From contig JAUWYX010000002.1 in assembly GCA_030615625.1 (NCBI GenBank), positions 11,995-75,994 of the forward strand: a stretch of DNA of 64,000 bases, given 5' to 3'. Below are positions 61,257-64,000 of the stretch, piece after piece (the stretch's first letter is position 1; every line of letters starts with the position of its first letter). This DNA is from Dehalococcoidia bacterium (GTDB taxonomy: Bacteria > Chloroflexota > Dehalococcoidia > GIF9 > AB-539-J10). The position numbers were made by a program, and so were the translations under genes. The notes under the pieces are model-generated. The model ran no database searches, had not been told where the DNA came from, and saw only the letters and a program-made list of their open reading frames with translations.

Positions 61257-62669
61257 TTAAACGAGCTCCACAGTATCTTTGTATTGGGGGACTTTTGTGG
61301 TCCACCCGGTCCTCTCGTTCAGGACATTCGCAAAGCTATTGGCTGCTTTTCCTTCCCCGTGAGTGACAAATACACAGCGCGGCGGGACACGAATGTCAGC
61401 CAGCCAGGTTAGTAATCCATCACGGTCGGTGTGGGCAGAAAAACCATCGATTTTTTCAATGTGTACTTTCACCGGATGTATTTGCCCTAAGAGACGGATT
61501 TTCTTGGCACCATTCAGCAATATTCTGCCCGGCGTTCCCTTCGCTTGATAGCCGACGAATAATATTGTGCTTTCTGCCCTCGTGATGTTGTTGACAATAT
61601 GGTGCTTTACACGGCCGCCGGTTACCATACCGCTACCAGCTATGATGATACTGCTTTCCTTTATGTTGTTAATGGCTTTAGACTCTTCCACACTCTGTAC
61701 CATTTTGAGGTTTTCAAAACTAAAACAGGAATTACCCTGGCGCAGACGTTGCATCATCTCTTTATCAAAGAGTTCAGCGTTGTGTTTAAATACTTTTGTA
61801 ATCCGTATTGCCATAGGGCTATCCAGAAAGACAGTTAAAGGTGGAATTTCTTTACGTAAAAATAATTCGTTCAGGTGATACAGTAGTTCCTGGGACCGCT
61901 CCAAAGCGAAACTGGGAATAATGATGTTGCCCCTGGCGCTTACCGTCCTGTTGATACAATCGCGTAACTGTTTTTGAATGTCAATGTTCTTGTGTTCTTC
62001 GTGAGTACGGTCGCCATAAGTTGACTCTATAACTATATATTCGGCCTCATCGAAAAGAGTCGGGTCGTTTATTATGGGGCGGTCAGGCTCGCCGATATCA
62101 CCGGAAAAAATTACTCTGTGGTTCTTTCCATCCTGCTGGATATTTACACTTATGGCTGCCGCCCCAAGTACATGGCCCGCTTCATAATAACAACCTTCGA
62201 CATTGCTGTTAATTCCGACACAACTCAGATATTCTGTGGCAGAAAAATGCGGCTGGACTGCTTCGGCATCTTCTACGGTATAAAGAGGTATTTCAGGAAA
62301 AGGACCACGGCGACCTTCCCTTTTATGGCGTTTTGCCTTAAATATAGCGTCTTCTTCCTGCAGCTTTGCGGCATCAAGAAGGATAATCTGGGCTATCTCA
62401 GCCGTCGCCTCAGTGCAGTATATCTTGCCTTTGTAACCGTCACGTATCAGTTTAGGTAAAAGCCCACAATGGTCAAGATGGGCATGAGTCAAAAAAACAG
62501 CATCAATTGACTGAGGGTCAAATGGAAATGGCTGCCAGTTTCTCTCCTGGTACTTCCGCTCCTGGTACAGCCCACAATCTATAAGCACACGGGTATCCTG
62601 ACTCTCTAAAAGGTAGCAGGAACCTGTGACATTCCGCGCTGCACCCAGAAATGTCAGCTTAGCCAGCAT
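61257..62669 (-). CDS. MBL-fold beta-CASP RNA-metabolising hydrolase (RNase J/CPSF-like)
   Basis: LTHAHLDHCGLLP (HxHxDH), beta-CASP motifs. Confidence 0.7.
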   Translation of the reverse strand: MLAKLTFLGAARNVTGSCYLLESQDTRVLIDCGLYQERKYQERNWQPFPFDPQSIDAVFLTHAHLDHCGLLPKLIRDGYKGKIYCTEATAEIAQIILLDAAKLQEEDAIFKAKRHKREGRRGPFPEIPLYTVEDAEAVQPHFSATEYLSCVGINSNVEGCYYEAGHVLGAAAISVNIQQDGKNHRVIFSGDIGEPDRPIINDPTLFDEAEYIVIESTYGDRTHEEHKNIDIQKQLRDCINRTVSARGNIIIPSFALERSQELLYHLNELFLRKEIPPLTVFLDSPMAIRITKVFKHNAELFDKEMMQRLRQGNSCFSFENLKMVQSVEESKAINNIKESSIIIAGSGMVTGGRVKHHIVNNITRAESTILFVGYQAKGTPGRILLNGAKKIRLLGQIHPVKVHIEKIDGFSAHTDRDGLLTWLADIRVPPRCVFVTHGEGKAANSFANVLNERTGWTTKVPQYKDTVELV

Positions 62670-62752
62670 AGATGATGCGACTCCTTAATAATTTATTTGA
62701 CCTGCAAATTCCGCACGGCATATTCCCAGCTATTATACCTTAAAGTTTCATT

Positions 62753-62781
62753 ATAAGCCGGTTCGAATCCAGCCGCTGCCA
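62753..62781 (+). repeat. tRNA 3'-half remnant (att-like) e
   Basis: ATAAGCCGGTTCGAATCCAGCCGCTGCCA (anticodon-loop ATAAGCC retained, variable loop deleted). Confidence 0.6.
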
Positions 62782-62794
62782 GTTAGCTTTACTT

Positions 62795-63181
62795 CTAAAT
62801 ATCTTCAACTTTTCTTTTTCTGATTAGAACAATATGTACTGTAACCCCAATAGCAATACAAATTAGCACTATCCTGATAACTATGTTCTGTACTCCAAAA
62901 GTTATACTGAGTCCGATAGTTAGCCAAAGTAGAAGGATGGTAAATACCTTTATTTTTATGGGTATTCCTCTGCCTTCAATGTAGTTCCTGACATAGGCTC
63001 CAAATATTCTGTTGTTTATAAGCCATTGATAAAACCGTTCAGAGCTCCGCATGTAACAAGCAGCGGCGAGTAAGAGAAATGGGGTTGTAGGTAGAATCGG
63101 GATAAAAATACCGATAATCCCTAATCCTGTGCATAAAGTTCCTGCTCCGATTAGAAGCCTTCTCTTTGCTGTTGTCCGCAT
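62795..63181 (-). CDS. YbaN/DUF454-family inner-membrane protein
   Basis: GIIGIFIPILPTTPFLLLAAACY signature. Confidence 0.6.
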   Translation of the reverse strand: MRTTAKRRLLIGAGTLCTGLGIIGIFIPILPTTPFLLLAAACYMRSSERFYQWLINNRIFGAYVRNYIEGRGIPIKIKVFTILLLWLTIGLSITFGVQNIVIRIVLICIAIGVTVHIVLIRKRKVEDI

Positions 63182-63312
63182 CTATATTTATAATACAGCC
63201 CCTTTTGATTTTATGATATCCTCAAACATTCATTTTAGCTATACAATATGTATCACAAGTAGATAGCTGGAATTAGAGTCGGAAGGAAGTAGCATCGTTG
63301 AATGAATCGGGG

Positions 63313-63792
63313 CTAGCTTGAATACTCTTTTATAGCCTCCTTAGCCCTGGCTATGATTTCCTCGTCAGGCACTCTGTACGATGTTATTGCAAAAGAGCCT
63401 ACTACCTTGCCCTGGCTTTTCTCTATTTTAGCCGTTATGTTCTCCAGAGCTTTCTCTGCATTGTTGCCACCCATGGTAAAGAATGGAATAATACTCCGGC
63501 CTTCGAAATTTGTCTTGTATATAAATGAGTTAATAGCCGGTGCCGGTCTTGAAGCCCAGATTGGAGAGCCAATAAATATCCTTTCATATTGTTTTAAATC
63601 GACATCTACGGGATTTATCTTACTCCCCCTGTTCATGAAAGCTGCGAAGCTGCCACTCAAATAGACGAACGGCATGGGTATGGGCCTTCTCTCCTCAATT
63701 TCCAATAGCGTGGCATTCAGGGCTTCGGCGATTACCTGAGATACCAGCCTCGTTTTACCTGTCAAAGAATAATAGACTACCAGCGATTTCAT
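63313..63792 (-). CDS. Flavodoxin-family protein
   Basis: MKSLVVYYSLTGKTR (FMN-phosphate-binding T/SxTGxT). Confidence 0.65.
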   Translation of the reverse strand: MKSLVVYYSLTGKTRLVSQVIAEALNATLLEIEERRPIPMPFVYLSGSFAAFMNRGSKINPVDVDLKQYERIFIGSPIWASRPAPAINSFIYKTNFEGRSIIPFFTMGGNNAEKALENITAKIEKSQGKVVGSFAITSYRVPDEEIIARAKEAIKEYSS

Positions 63793-64000
63793 GCACTCTC
63801 CAAAGTATCTGTTTCTTAATTATACCTCACCGGTGGATAGGCTGATACATTAGGGAGGATATTACTGGGTCGGTCAGTTTTAGGATAGCTTGGGGCTTTA
63901 TCGGGGGATTGAGTGGAAATAGCCAGGAAGGCAGCACAGGCTAGGTGGGGTAAGTAGGTATATCCAAGTAACTGTGATTATGGGTGAGGGGTAATCGCAA

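Overview
64-kb window from what looks like a Chloroflexi/Dehalococcoidia-like genome (about 50-55% GC, many ATGA-coupled genes, HicAB modules, MITE-like repeats). It is mostly housekeeping genes (trehalose synthesis, mfd, metK/ahcY, secDF, cca, ADP-forming acetyl-CoA synthetase), but three features stand out. (1) A compact 5.4-kb operon (6852-12247) encodes three paralogous secreted proteins with SipW-cognate (TasA/camelysin-type) signal peptides, an archaeal/ER-type signal peptidase (SipW-like) fused to a large N-terminal polytopic membrane domain, and a 534-aa bitopic tandem-repeat membrane protein. This is a candidate TasA-like fibre/secretion system with an undescribed peptidase architecture. 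(2) A tRNA(CAU) gene at 53735-53806 is an integration hotspot. A 133-bp direct repeat carrying the tRNA promoter and 5' half sits 7.3 kb upstream, bracketing a segment with a Zn-ribbon/adenylyl-cyclase/STAND/TPR protein. Five decaying copies of the tRNA 3' end downstream delimit 0.5-3 kb one-to-two-gene islets. (3) Two cargo insertions sit immediately downstream of protein-coding genes (mfd, metK) and are flanked by diverged duplicates of that gene's last 115-220 bp. A MITE family with 14-bp terminal inverted repeats also has an in-frame array inside mfd. No recombinase gene is visible anywhere in the window.
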